From contig OX597814.1 in the NCBI GenBank assembly GCA_951406725.2, positions 202,058,001 to 202,122,000 on the forward strand: 64,000 nucleotides of DNA, in the 5' to 3' direction. This document shows positions 38,017-50,410 of this stretch, in pieces (positions within the stretch are counted from its first letter, which is position 1; each line of letters opens with the position of its first letter). The DNA is from Octopus vulgaris (taxonomy: Eukaryota). The notes under the pieces were generated by a model. The model had not been told where the DNA came from and did not search any database. It worked only from the letters and a program-made list of their open reading frames with translations. Made by a program: the position numbers and the translations under genes.

Positions 38017-38306
38017 TGATGATGATGATGATGGTTTTAAATTTTAAAAATAATCCTTTCTGCTATAGGCACAAGGCTTGAAATTTGGGGGAGGGGGAGA
38101 GTGAATTACATTGACCCCAGTACTCAACTGGTACTTATCTTGTTGACCTCGGAACAATGTAAGGTAAAGTCAACATCGGTAGTGTTTGAACTCAAAAGGT
38201 AGAAATGGACAAAATGCCACTACTAAGCATTTTCCCCGTGCAATAATGATTCTGCCAGCTCACCGTCTTAATAACAATGATAATAATAATAGTAATAATA
38301 ATAATA

Positions 38307-38354
<48 letters not shown>

Positions 38355-38518
38355 GCAACAACAATAACAACAATAATAATAACAACAACAACAACAACAA
38401 CAACAATAATAATAACGATAATAACAACAACAACAATAATAACAATAATAATAATGACAATAGTAATAGAAGTAATAATAAGAATAGCAATAGTAATAAT
38501 AATAACAATAATAATAAC

Positions 38519-38560
<42 letters not shown>

Positions 38561-38564
<4 letters not shown>

Positions 38565-39118
38565 GCCCTGATGCAATACCAGGCAGTGGCTCTCATGGCT
38601 TCTGATCTTAACTGATTGGAAGTGTTATCATGTACATTGTTTTGTCTTGGTATAAAAGATGGGCTACAGCAAATATTCTGCTCAATACCACAGATTTGCT
38701 TGTCAGTTGTTTGACCTTAACCAGTTGAGCATGTCCCTTAGTGGCTGACGATATGTGCATCTCTGATCATGAGCAGAAGTAGTGGGGGAGCATCATAGCC
38801 ATGTGTTGAGAGGGATTCTTTGGGGTTTGAATAATTCACCTCTGGAAACATGAGTGGTTCTTTCAACATACTTAAACAACCCTTATTCAGGGGCCTCTTG
38901 TATGGGATGGGCTACACAACATGAAGAAAATTCTAACTGCGCCCCACCTGCAAGGTCATGTACTGTTTATCTTGATATGAGATCACCATGTCGTGCACAT
39001 ATGGTTGTGATGCATGTGCCTGGTGTACCCTTATCAGACGGGTAGTCACGATGGGTATATTGGGCTTCGTATATTTTACCCCAGTGTCACTTTGATGGCA
39101 TGAACTGCTCTCTCACTC

Positions 39119-39119
<1 letters not shown>
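38561..39119 (+). mobile_element. ~560-bp non-coding (TAA)n-embedded element, most complete copy
   Basis: AAATGCCCTGATGC...GCTCTCTCACTC(AAT)n; flanked by long AAT/AAC tracts 38270-38560 and 39119-39470. Confidence 0.7.
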
Positions 39120-39153
<34 letters not shown>

Positions 39154-39479
39154 TAATAATAGCAATTATAATAATAACAATGAGAATAGTAGCAACAATA
39201 ATGATAACAACAACAATAATAATAATAATAACAACAATAATAATAATAACAATAATAAGAAGAACGATAATAATAACAACAACAATAATTATAACAACAA
39301 CAATAATGATAATAATAACAACAACAATAGTAACAACAACAACAACAACAACAATAATAATAATAATAATAACAACAACAACAATAATAATGATAATAAT
39401 AATAACAACAATAATAATAAAAAGAATAATTATAATAACTAACATTAACAACAATAATAATAATAATTTGGATCATTCT

Positions 39480-39895
39480 TGCAACATTTAGTCACCTTTT
39501 GATTGTACTGCTGGGAGGCAGCACTTCCATCTTTTCCCTCATATTCCTTTTCAAGAATAAGTTGAGGTGGACTTTGTCAAAGAGTAAAGTATCTGTCTTC
39601 AGTCCTTTCAACCAAGTTCACCAGGCAACCTCTTTTGCTAAGGTCAACTGGAAAAGAAACACTGCATGCCCTTCCTAGTCAAAGGAAGGCCACAGAACAA
39701 TCTTCACAATAGCAAGATCCATCCTACAAGTGACAGCATGCGTTTGACACAAACCCTCAAATCAACAATGGACAGAAGCACAGAGAACAGTTCTGTCACT
39801 CTGTGAGCATCTCAAGCAAGTCTCAATGACAGCACTTCCCTGTAGAGTTTATCTCAACCTAGCAATGCTCCTTGGCAGCACTGCCAGGCCAAGGA
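39480..39895 (-). mobile_element. Decayed L1/Tx1-like LINE 3' region
   Basis: Minus fragments ETCLRC...TVLCASVHC and LAKEVAW resemble the C..C...ET..H...C knuckle region. Confidence 0.35.
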
Positions 39896-39965
39896 TTTCT
39901 GAAATAACAACAGCAACAACAATGACAATTATTAGAATTTTGGTTTTTATCTGATGTAAATGAGA

Positions 39966-40797
39966 CATTTAAGAAACACACAAAAACCGTTAGATTCAGT
40001 GACCTGTTCACTGAAAAAATTCTGTGCTGCATCTCGGAATTTTGTCAGTGAACAGGTTGTGGTCTCAAAGTGACGAAAATATTTTGGCAAATTAAATTCA
40101 AATGTTGAAGTGAATCTAACAGTACAGGACATTAAAAAAAACGTTGAAAACAATGAGAAACGAAAACAAAAACAAAAATAAAAACATAGAAATGAACTTT
40201 TTTTCCAACAACGAATAAAACAAGGAGAGAAGCGAGACATGCAACATAAAGAATATTCCCCTTCATCAGTTGTCCATGCAGCACTGAATTTTGTCAGTGA
40301 ACAGGTAGCGGTCGCAAAATCATCATCATTTAGCGTCCGCTTTCCATGCTAGCATGGGTTGGACGGGTCAACTGGGGTCTGTGAAGCTGGAAGGCTTCAT
40401 CAGGCCCAGTCAGATCTGGCAGTGTTTCTACAGCTGGATACCCTTCCTAACGCCAACCACTCCGCGAGTGTAGTGGGTGTTTTTTACGTGCCACCTGCAC
40501 AGGTGCCAGACAGAGCTGGCAAACGGCCACGAACGGATGGTGCTTTTACGTGTCACTGGCACGGGGCCAGGCGATGCTGGCAATGGACACGAACGGATGG
40601 TGCTTTTACGTGTCACCGGCACGGGGGCCAGCCGAGGCTGACGAAAATATTTTGACAAATTAAATTTAAATGCTGAAGTGAATCTAATGGTTTTTGTGTT
40701 TCTTAAATGGCTTATAAACACCTTCCAAGCTGCAATTGCCTTCGTTCCAGCACACGATCTCAGATCAGGTCACTTGCTATGCAAGTACATCTCCGTA
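39966..40797 (+). mobile_element. Two H2 elements (one partly palindromic, one split by an RTE-tail insertion at 40320-40638)
   Basis: Homology to 1746-2062. Confidence 0.7.
40041..40091 (+). ncRNA. Minimal hammerhead-like motif, G3-C8 variant (H2)
   Basis: TTTGTCA-GTGAACA-G-GTTGT-ggtctcaaa-GTGAC-GAAA-ATAT-T-T-TGGCAAA; GAAA intact, palindromic AAATATTT stem III, 7-bp stem I. Confidence 0.6.
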
Positions 40798-41535
40798 AAT
40801 GAGACATTATTTCCTACAAAAATATTGTGTAAATAATTAGCAGTTAAATGGTTTTATTACAGCAGGTAAAATGCTTGTCATTATTGTATAAAATGAATTT
40901 TGAAACAAGTTTTATTTACTATATTCAGACATGTAAAGTACTAAATTTTATATTGCAAAATTTTTCTTTCAGATTTACAGTTATGTAGAAAATATGTCAT
41001 CGTCTCAGAAGTTGACTGTTGAATTATTTAACAAAGCATTTTAAAACCAAATCATAAAGTTTCCAGGTGACTTTATTGATTCTTCAGCAAAGTTTTAACA
41101 TGAAAACATGATATCTCATTTGTGACTAACGTTAATACTTTACACTTTGAAGAAACTTTTTATGGAAATGAGTTTTGTTCTATGATACAACATTTAATGA
41201 ATAATTGAAGACGATTATTCCTATGACACCACAGATTCCTTGCTCCAAGACGAGGTGTAATTGACCTACTGTGTGCAAAGCAGACAAAAACATGATTATG
41301 TGCAATTTTTTTTATATATTTTGTTATTTTATATTTTATATCCTGCATTTTATGAGAAATTGTATTGTTGGAAATTGTATTGCTTTCCAATGGACCAATC
41401 ATTGATGCGTGGTGTTCACTGTGGTGATAGTGACAAGGGAGTGTCTGTACAACTTGGGTGGAGTAAATACTACAAAGCATCTTTGTCCAAATGCACAGCT
41501 ATACCAGTTTCCTTACTGATATGTTACGGGAGAAA

Positions 41536-42575
41536 GGTGGCGAGCCGGCAGAAACGTTAGCACGCTGGGTAAAATGTTTAGCGGTATTTCGTCTGCGTTA
41601 CGTTGTGAGTTCAAATTCCGCTGAGGTCGACTTTGCCTTTCATCCTTTCGTGGTCGATAAATTAAGTACCAGTTACGCACTGGGGTCGATGTAATCGACT
41701 TAATACTTATGTCTGTCCTTGTTTGTCCCCTTTGTGTTTAGCCCCTTGTGGGTAATAAAGAAATAGGTATTTCTTCTGTCTTTATGTTCTGAGTTCAAAT
41801 TATGCTGAGGTCAACTTTGCCTTTCATCTTTCGGGGTTGATAAATTAAGTACCAGTTGCGTACTGGGGTTGATCTAATCGCCTGGCTCCCTCCTTAAATT
41901 TTCAGGCTTTGTGCCTAGAGTAGTAAAGAATATTTTGGTAACTCCAAGGCGGCAAGCTGGCAGAAACGTTAGCACGCCGGGCGAAATGCTTAGCGGTATT
42001 TCGCCTGTCGCTACGTTCTGATTTCTAATTCCGCAGAGGTCGACTTTGCCTGTCATCCTTTCGGGGTCGATTAAATAAGTACCAGTTATGCACTGGGGTC
42101 GATATAATCGACTTAATCCGTTTGTCTGTCTTTGTTTGTCCTCTCTGTATTTAGCCCCCCTTGTGGGTAGTAAAGAAATAGGTATTTCGCCTGTCTTTAT
42201 GTTCTGAGTTCAAATTCGCTGAGGTCAACTTTGCCTTTCATCCTTTCAGGGTCGATAAATTAAGTACCAGTTGCATACTGGCGTCAATCTAATCGACTGG
42301 CTCCCTCCCCAAAAATTTTGGACTTTGTGCCTAGCGTAGAAAAGGATATTTTGGTAACTCCAAGGCAGCAAGTTGGCAGAAACATTAGCACGCCGGGCAA
42401 AATGCTTAGCAGTATTTCACCTGTCTTTACATTGAGTTCAAATTCTACCGAGGTCAACTTTGCCTTTCATCGTTTCGGGGTCGATAAATTAAGTACCAGT
42501 TGCATACTGGGATCAATCTAATCGCCTGGGTCCCTCCCCCAAAATTTTGAGACTTGTGCCTAGAGTAGAAAAGAT
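41536..42575 (+). mobile_element. Tandem array of five SINE B units
   Basis: full(tail1)-headless(tail2)-full(tail1)-headless(tail2)-full(tail2); linker TATTTTGGTAACTCCAAGGC repeated at ~41931 and ~42347. Confidence 0.85.
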
Positions 42576-42973
42576 ATTTTGGGGGAGAGTGGAGGTTGGA
42601 GGTGGGCAGAGAAGAGTAGAGAAAAGGAAGGGGTCCAATTTCAAAAGGATACTTGGTGGGGCGAGCTCCAAAAGGGGTCTCAGGGAGTAGCATCCTTACA
42701 TTCCTAAGCTAGTTTTCCACCACATTTCTTAAAAATCCTGGTAGAGGCCTTGGTCTTGGGACCACTTATATCTAGAAACCGAGGTTGGGGGTAAGCAATG
42801 CTATGCTCCCCATAGAAAATCCAGCCCCCAAAAAAGCCACATGATAGCAAAGGAGAATGGGCACCAGCCAGCCCAAAGATTGGGATGGGTTGCATCTGCC
42901 TACCTCAGTTGCTATGGCATTGAGATAGATCCAGCTACCCCCATTAACGGGTACAAAAACTGGATTTAAAACA

Positions 42974-43010
<37 letters not shown>

Positions 43011-43392
43011 TAATCCTGGTGGTTACCGTTTTCCCTCTTAAATCAGTTTCATGTGCCAGCTGACCACAACGAATGTTGGTGACATCTGAGTTAGCAATAA
43101 GCTGTTAGACTTCAGTGATTTTTCTCTCTTGGTAAATCCTATTGTCCTTCTACTAAATACTACTACCCTGTTATTCTTTCACTCTTTTTACTTTTGATTG
43201 TGGCCATGCTGGAGCAATGCCTTTAGTTGAACAAATCGACCCCCTGGGACTTATTCTTTGTAAGCCTAGAACTTATTCTATTGGTCTCTGTGGCCAAGCC
43301 ACTAGGTTACGGGGACGTAAACACACCAGCATCGGTTGTCAAGTGATGGTGGGGGGGGACAAACACAGACACACAAATATATACATACACAT

Positions 43393-43439
<47 letters not shown>

Positions 43440-43499
43440 TATATATACATATATATATATATATAAATATACATGCATATATACATATACATATAAATA

Positions 43500-43694
43500 C
43501 ATATTTCGTTTTTGGATTTGGTTTGCAAGATTCTTAATATGAGTTTGTGTGTTGAAGCATATTCTGTTGTGTCTGGGGAGAGTCATTTTTTTTTTTTTGT
43601 GCCTTACAATGTAACACACTCACAGGTAAAATTTCCACTTATTTCATATTTTTATTCTCCTAAAATTTTCGTTGCATCTCGCAACCTTTTCAGT
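43500..43694 (-). mobile_element. TA-inserted element with hammerhead-like end (family H4)
   Basis: Minus CTGAAAA-G-GTTGC-gagat-GCAAC-GAAA-ATTT-T-AGG; pieces of the same family at 29040-29066 and 29548-29600. Confidence 0.5.
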
Positions 43695-45785
43695 ATACTT
43701 GACTGTTTTCAATTGTACAGTGAGGTGAATGTAATTGTCCTTGGGGGTAATTGTCCTGTTAAACCAGGCCATATCCGGTCCAAATATTCTACATGTTTTA
43801 TGCTCAAACTGACAAAGACTAAATCCAGCCTCTCACACCGACCATATAATGTCATGCTAAAATATATATTATCATGGCTTTGAAGTCTAGAAGCAGGAAG
43901 ATAATACATCATTAATTCAAATCAATTTGAATAAATAAACATCAGGTTTGACACGATAATCGAAAAGCTAAATGGTTAAACATTGACTGTATTTTGCATT
44001 GAAATGTTGATGTCAACAACTGGCAAAGTTCATAGATATGCCATCTCGGTAGGTAAAAGTACAGCTGTGACTTATGAGGAAGAAGTAAACCGTAAATATT
44101 AATGATTAAATATATAAAAAAAAAACTAAGTGATTTCCAATTCATTCTAAAGATTCTAATTTGATGTATGGAATTCAATATTCAATGTTCAATATGTTCG
44201 ATATATAGTTCAATAAACAGGTTTTGATTTTGGACAGTTATAATCTTCTAGTGTTTTTAAACCTACATATACATACACACATAGATATGTACATGCATGT
44301 GTTTGTGTGTACATACATATAACGTATGGAATTCATGCATACACACATTCAAATATATGTATGGAAGACATAAAGCCAGTAGGTTTAAGAGATGAATATA
44401 TATTTATTTAACCGTGTGACTTCCATAGAATTATGGTCATTTTGCAAGCTTCTTCATGTCGTATGAATTTCAGTATTCAAGAAATTATGCATACATGTTT
44501 GCTAGAATATGTATGCTTAGTATTATACAATACAGTTGTATACAGCTTCATATTCACATGTTAATGCAAATATAGAAGGCTAGCTCATAAGATCTCCAGG
44601 ATAGCATGGTTACATCAACAATTCAACTCTGAATATACACACAAAATTTCCTCTTCATATACACAATGTATGGAAGGCTGGAACTGGGCAATCCTCCATT
44701 TGAAATGCTAGGCCTTTCAACTCATTCGTCATATAAAAAAGTTCATTTTTGTAGATAAGACACATCATCATTTTCATCATCATCTAACGTCCGCTTTCCA
44801 TGCAAGCATGGGTTGGACGATTTGACTGAGGACTGGCAAACCAGATGGTTGCACCAGGCTCCAATCTGATCTGGCAGAGTTTCCACAGCTGGATGCCCTT
44901 CCTAATGCCAACCACTCTGAGAGTGTAGAGGGTGCTTTTACGTGCCACCGGCATGAAAGCCAGTCAGGTGGTACTGGTGACGGCCATGCTCAAATGGTGT
45001 TTTTTACGTGCCACTGGCACTGGAGCTTGTTCAGCAACACTGGCAACGACCCCACTCACATGTTTTTTTCACGTGCATGGAGAGATATCCCTATTCCTTG
45101 GCTGGAATAGGGATATCTCTCCATGACACATCTATATGTAGCTTGTCCATCATTGTGAGTAACCTAATTAAGCACCCCAGTGGGATAATCTCTGGTTGCC
45201 TTTGAAGCCTGTACTGTCTTTCTCTCTCTTTCATACACATGTTCCTTGAGAGATGGTTGCTTCTCCTTCAGGTTTTCTTGATTTTAAATTATCTGTATCT
45301 TTGCTTTTTTTCTAGGTAGGGATGTTTGCTCTATGTAAACCTATTTCTACCTTCAGGAAGAGGTGGACCATAATAGTGCAGCTTCCACTCTTTGATCTGG
45401 CCAGCATGGGAGGTCATACAAGGAGCTGGTGCTATGAGGTCTTTCATACAGGGTTTGCATTAGAGACAGACCTCATAGTTCTCAGGGTCAGTGAGGGACA
45501 AAAGCCACCATATGGCAACCAAGACTAAACATTGTGGTGGACATATATATATATATATATATATAATATTAGGGAGTAAAACTCCAAACTTAAAGAGAAA
45601 AATTCAATTTAGCATTAAATCAAATTTCACAATATAAATATATAATATATATAAATTAGAGAAAAACCACTATTATGCAATTCAAACAATGATAGACATA
45701 AACCAAATCATAAAGAAAAAATAAAATATATTATAAAACATATAACTAGATCACAAAAATTACAAAAAAATGAATAAACAATCTA

Positions 45786-45816
<31 letters not shown>

Positions 45817-46213
45817 CTAGCAGTATCGCCCGGCGTTGCTCGGGTTTGTAAGGGAAATAACTATATAAGCATTTTTAGAGAGTTATAGCCAAAAAATAGG
45901 AAAAAAATGCATTAAAAATGGAAAACAAATTAAGGTAAATTTCTTTTTAAATCGTTGACACATCGTAGATATTTTTAGAGAGTTACTTCCCTTATATAAT
46001 AGCGAAAAAAATGCATTAAAATGGAAAAATATGATGGTAAATTTTTTTAAATCGTAGACTCATCGTAGACGCGCGCTAATACCCAGAAGGGCTCGATATG
46101 ACTCACGACTATAAGATACCCGGTTTTGGTTACACTGCACCGCAAAATGTGGGAGTAGTTAGGAATCTAAATCGTAGGAGACAGACACACAACTTCACTC
46201 TTATATATAAAGA
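45817..46213 (-). mobile_element. Non-autonomous Helitron
   Basis: Minus 5'-TCTTTATATATAAG ... CCCGAGCAACGCCGGG hairpin + 8 nt + CTAG-3', inserted between A and T; ~105-bp internal tandem duplication. Confidence 0.8.
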
Positions 46214-46321
46214 TATAAGTCACGTAGTTATATACACATACTTTGTTATATACACATTCTTAAAAGAAAATGTTATTTTGAATACAACATTTATAAAGAA
46301 TAAAATATTTTTTGGTTTTTC

Positions 46322-46980
46322 TTAACCCTTTCGTTACTATATTTCTGACCAAAATACACCCCTTATGTGTTTCAATTAATTTCTAACGTAATCATAAATT
46401 TAGTCTGGTTTCATTAAACAACAATAACTTTTTTATTTATCAATATATTAACGTGAATTTTGGAAGATAATTTAATGAAATGTCCTCAACCAATTCTATA
46501 CTATAATTTTTGTCACAAAGTGACTCTAATTGCAGGTAGATACAGGTAAATTCAACAAAATATAAAATTATTAAAATTTTGTTCAAACATCGCTATAGAA
46601 AATGGGTTATTAGCTAATATTCAATTGGGTAAACAACAAAATTTTACGATAGAATTTGTTATTCTGGGTAACCTTCTGATACCCATAATAATATTTATGG
46701 CAAAATAGGCCTTAATTTCATTTAAGGTTGTGGGAAATAACAAACTATCCTTTCTTTCGTTTTGTTTACGTTTAGCGTAACGTTTCGTTTCTGCCGTAAT
46801 GATTTCAAATGGGCTCATTCGAAAAAGTAAATAGAAATAGTCTAAGGCTTTACTCTTCTGGGAAAGTCTGTGGCTTGGTGCAGTTTCTTCAGAAAAATCA
46901 CCGAAAGAAACAGTTTTTAAATTTTCACTCCATTCAGGTACCAATTCGTTTTCTTTATCGCTGTCGGATTCACTGTTTTC
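46322..46980 (-). mobile_element. piggyBac-derived fragment
   Basis: TTAA-CCCT terminus at ~46322; ORF 46621-46944 ALDYFYLLF....EIITAET.RYA...PTTLNEIKAYFAINIIMGI..LP resembles the start of the piggyBac DDE_Tnp_1_7 domain. Confidence 0.75.
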
Positions 46981-46989
46981 ACTTTAATA

Positions 46990-47301
46990 GCTGCAAACTT
47001 GTAAAGACAAAGGAGGAGAAGGGTGATAGCATCAGTGAAACAATTCGCTCCCTTTGTGTGTGTGTGCGTTTGCGTGTGGTGTAAACCACATTAAGAAAAA
47101 CATTTGACATACACACCAGAATGTGAGTTTTCTGTAAATTTTGCTTAATTGGAGTTTAAATTTTAAAAACTGGACCTGGCATGACCCGATGCATTCTACT
47201 CTTAAAAATGCTAGGTAAATTGTAATTGAAGAAATCCTATATCGTAGATTTCTATAAGTTACAAAGGGAGGCAGATAAAATCTGCCTTTTATAATAAGAG
47301 A
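46990..47301 (-). mobile_element. Possible Helitron 5' fragment
   Basis: Minus start A|TCTCTTATTATAAAAGGCAG, resembling Helitron 5' ends. Confidence 0.4.
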
Positions 47302-47662
47302 TGATCCATATTCTTTGTAATTGTTTGAAATTTACACTTCTGACATATATATATATATATATATATATTTATGGTATGTTTCGTTAGGAACGTAGCGGAG
47401 TACAGTTTAAAGCCTATCCACCCCCAGAATTACCCAATACTATCTGGAAGCATCATTATATATTTTCAAATTTACATTTGAGCATTTGTTGGAGACAACA
47501 CTTGAATATCTCCTGAGGAAGCACAACAAGATTTCACTATGCAAACAAGCATTTGCATAATTAAATACCTGTAGTTTTGGAGAACTATATTGTGTGGAAA
47601 CATTTGTGGTGATTAAAAAATAACTGTCCAACCATACTCCTTCTTGTTGACTCCAATTTAAT

Positions 47663-47723
<61 letters not shown>

Positions 47724-47727
<4 letters not shown>

Positions 47728-48020
47728 AAAAAGGAGAAACCTAATTCAAAGACTACAGATCCAATAATCCATCACTGGAATGGTAGAAATCTGTAAAACT
47801 TTCCAGAAGTTTATCTTTCAAATATATATGAGCATGTCTATATGTGCAACTATATGCATGAGAATACATACATAAGACGTACAAATCTGTACATACATAC
47901 ATAAAAAAATTACACAGTTGTTGATGTTGAAATTCCAATGAAGGAGCCTTGGATCTAGGTTAGAAACCAGTTCTTTCTCTATTGGCAAGAAATCTTGAAA
48001 TAAACTGAATAATGACATAC
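47724..48020 (+). mobile_element. 3' end of (CATA)n-tailed RLE LINE
   Basis: Reverse-complement homologue of 50010-50640 and 51150-51470. Confidence 0.75.
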
Positions 48021-48276
48021 ATGTGTACTTTCGTACCAGATTCCCATATCCTTCTTCGTATGCGGAATGAAAACTTCTTATGACGGCACCAAATTGTCAC
48101 ATTATCTCTGAATTTTTAGGCATGAATAACACAAGAAAAACCAGTCAAATATAAATATAGAGATATTTCGTCTGACATAAACATTTCTGTGCATTTTACT
48201 TCTATTATATTTCTCACAACAATTCAAAATGACAAAAAAAATATTGTATTAAAATTTTTCATAAAATATATATATA

Positions 48277-48315
<39 letters not shown>

Positions 48316-48336
48316 TATAGATATAGATAAATATAT

Positions 48337-48369
<33 letters not shown>

Positions 48370-48409
48370 CACACACACACATATGTATATATATATATAT
48401 ATATGTATA

Positions 48410-48600
48410 TAGGGAGAATTCACAAAAAAAAAACAAAAGACAAAGATAGGTGGTTGTAGACAACAGATGTATTAGTATAACGCTCGGGAAGTGAAAAATT
48501 CTTTAACATTTCGAGCCTACGCTCTTCCAGAGAAAGGAACATAGAAAGAAACAAGGAGAGAAAATAAAGAATGTGTAGTGGCTAGTGATCTATCATGGTG
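48410..48600 (-). mobile_element. Family H3 element with hammerhead-like motif at 48501-48537
   Basis: Minus CTTT-CTCTGGA-A-GAGC-gtag-GCTC-GAAA-TGT-T-AAAG; homologous to 54430-54622 and 62290-62390. Confidence 0.55.
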
Positions 48601-49092
48601 GTGTGTGGTATATATATATAATGTATGTATGTATATATATATATGTATACATATATGTCGTCATCGTCATCATCATCATCTTTAATATCCGTTTTCCATG
48701 CTGGCATGGGTTGGACGGTTCGACTGGGGTCTGGGAAGCCAGGAGGCTGCACCAGGCCCCAATCTGATCAGGCTGTGTTTCTACAGCTGGATGCCCTTCC
48801 TAACGCCAACCACTGCGAGAGTGTAGTGGGTGCTTTTTATGTGCCAGCAGCACAAGGGGCCAGAGGAGCTGGCATTGACCACAATCAGATGACCTCTTAA
48901 AACTATGGCATTTCCCCCTCCATATTTTTAAAACGTCATGGGTCAACAAGTTTTTGGGATCTGACAATATGCCTCAAAGCTAACCCCTTAATGAATGGGA
49001 AACCTAAGCTAATCCCATAAACCGGTCTTCCCCAATTTTAATATATACTGTTCCACATTTTAGAGTATGCTTCTATTTATGTTTTTTACAAA

Positions 49093-49141
<49 letters not shown>

Positions 49142-49158
49142 TTAGTTTACACACACAT

Positions 49159-49202
<44 letters not shown>

Positions 49203-50009
49203 TATATATAAAAAATACAAAATGGGATAAGAACGCAAAAAACACAAAGAGACGACACAAAGAACGGATGGGTCATTCAAAGCCTCTAATCTTCAGTCAG
49301 GAACCGGATCGTCCTAGCAAATTTCGGCTGATTAATCCTGATATCGCTCAGATCCGGCCAGCCCCAAGGAAAAAACTAAGCTGCGAGCATTAGATTTCTT
49401 GGAAAAAGGATCGAATGTATACGAAACAAGGACAGAAAAACGGACGATGGCACACGAATATAAATACAAAAAAACAAGAATAAAACTAAAAACAAGAATG
49501 GTAATAATGGGACAAAAACAGCAGGTGTTATACGACTTAAGACAATTGAACTTATCTTAGCGGGCATGTGCGTGTGTGTGTGTGTGTGCGTAAAACAACT
49601 CTGTTATGTCTGCTAGTACTATGACTCCACCACTACCATTCAGCTCCCATGGTTAATAACCATTCCTTAATTTCTACATTACTAGTAAGAAACAAAAGAC
49701 AAAGGCCATTATTAAAACAGTTACATAAATATTGTAACCCAGTAGTAATCAGAAGAAGACCAATGACCAGCACCATTTGTAAGAGAAACATGTAAAGTTC
49801 CTAAAAATTGATATCATGAAAAGGTAATTGAATTTGTTTCAATTTATTTTCCCTTCTCAAGTGACATAACTAAATTACCTTCAACGATTGAAACCAGTCA
49901 CATATTTTGAGGAATATGTAAATATTTTCTTTTATTCATGATAAAGTTCTCGAAAGAGTTTCTTTTTGTTTTTATGTGTATACGTATACATGTATCTATA
50001 TATGTATGT

Positions 50010-50330
50010 ATGTTATCATTTAGGTTTATTTTAAGATTTCTCGCCAATAGAAAAAGAGCCGGTTTCTAACCTAGATCCAAGGCTCCTTCATTGGAATTTC
50101 AACATGAACAACAGGGTATTTTTGTTTGTATGTATGTATGTATATTTGTATGTATGTATGTATGTATGTATGTATGTATGTATGTATGTATGTATGTATG
50201 TATGTATATATGTATGTAAGTACGTATGTATGTATGTACGTACGTATGTATGTATGTATGCATACATGTACTTATATATGTATATATGTATGTATGTATG
50301 TATGTAAGTATGTATGTATGTATCTATCTA

Positions 50331-50365
<35 letters not shown>

Positions 50366-50376
50366 TTCTATGTATG

Positions 50377-50410
<34 letters not shown>

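Noticed and set aside
47930-47985. Hammerhead-like CCAATGAAG...GAAACC(A/G)G
   Set aside because: Core deviates at positions 4-5 in both copies, stems I/II close poorly, and the segment is part of an RLE LINE 3' UTR.
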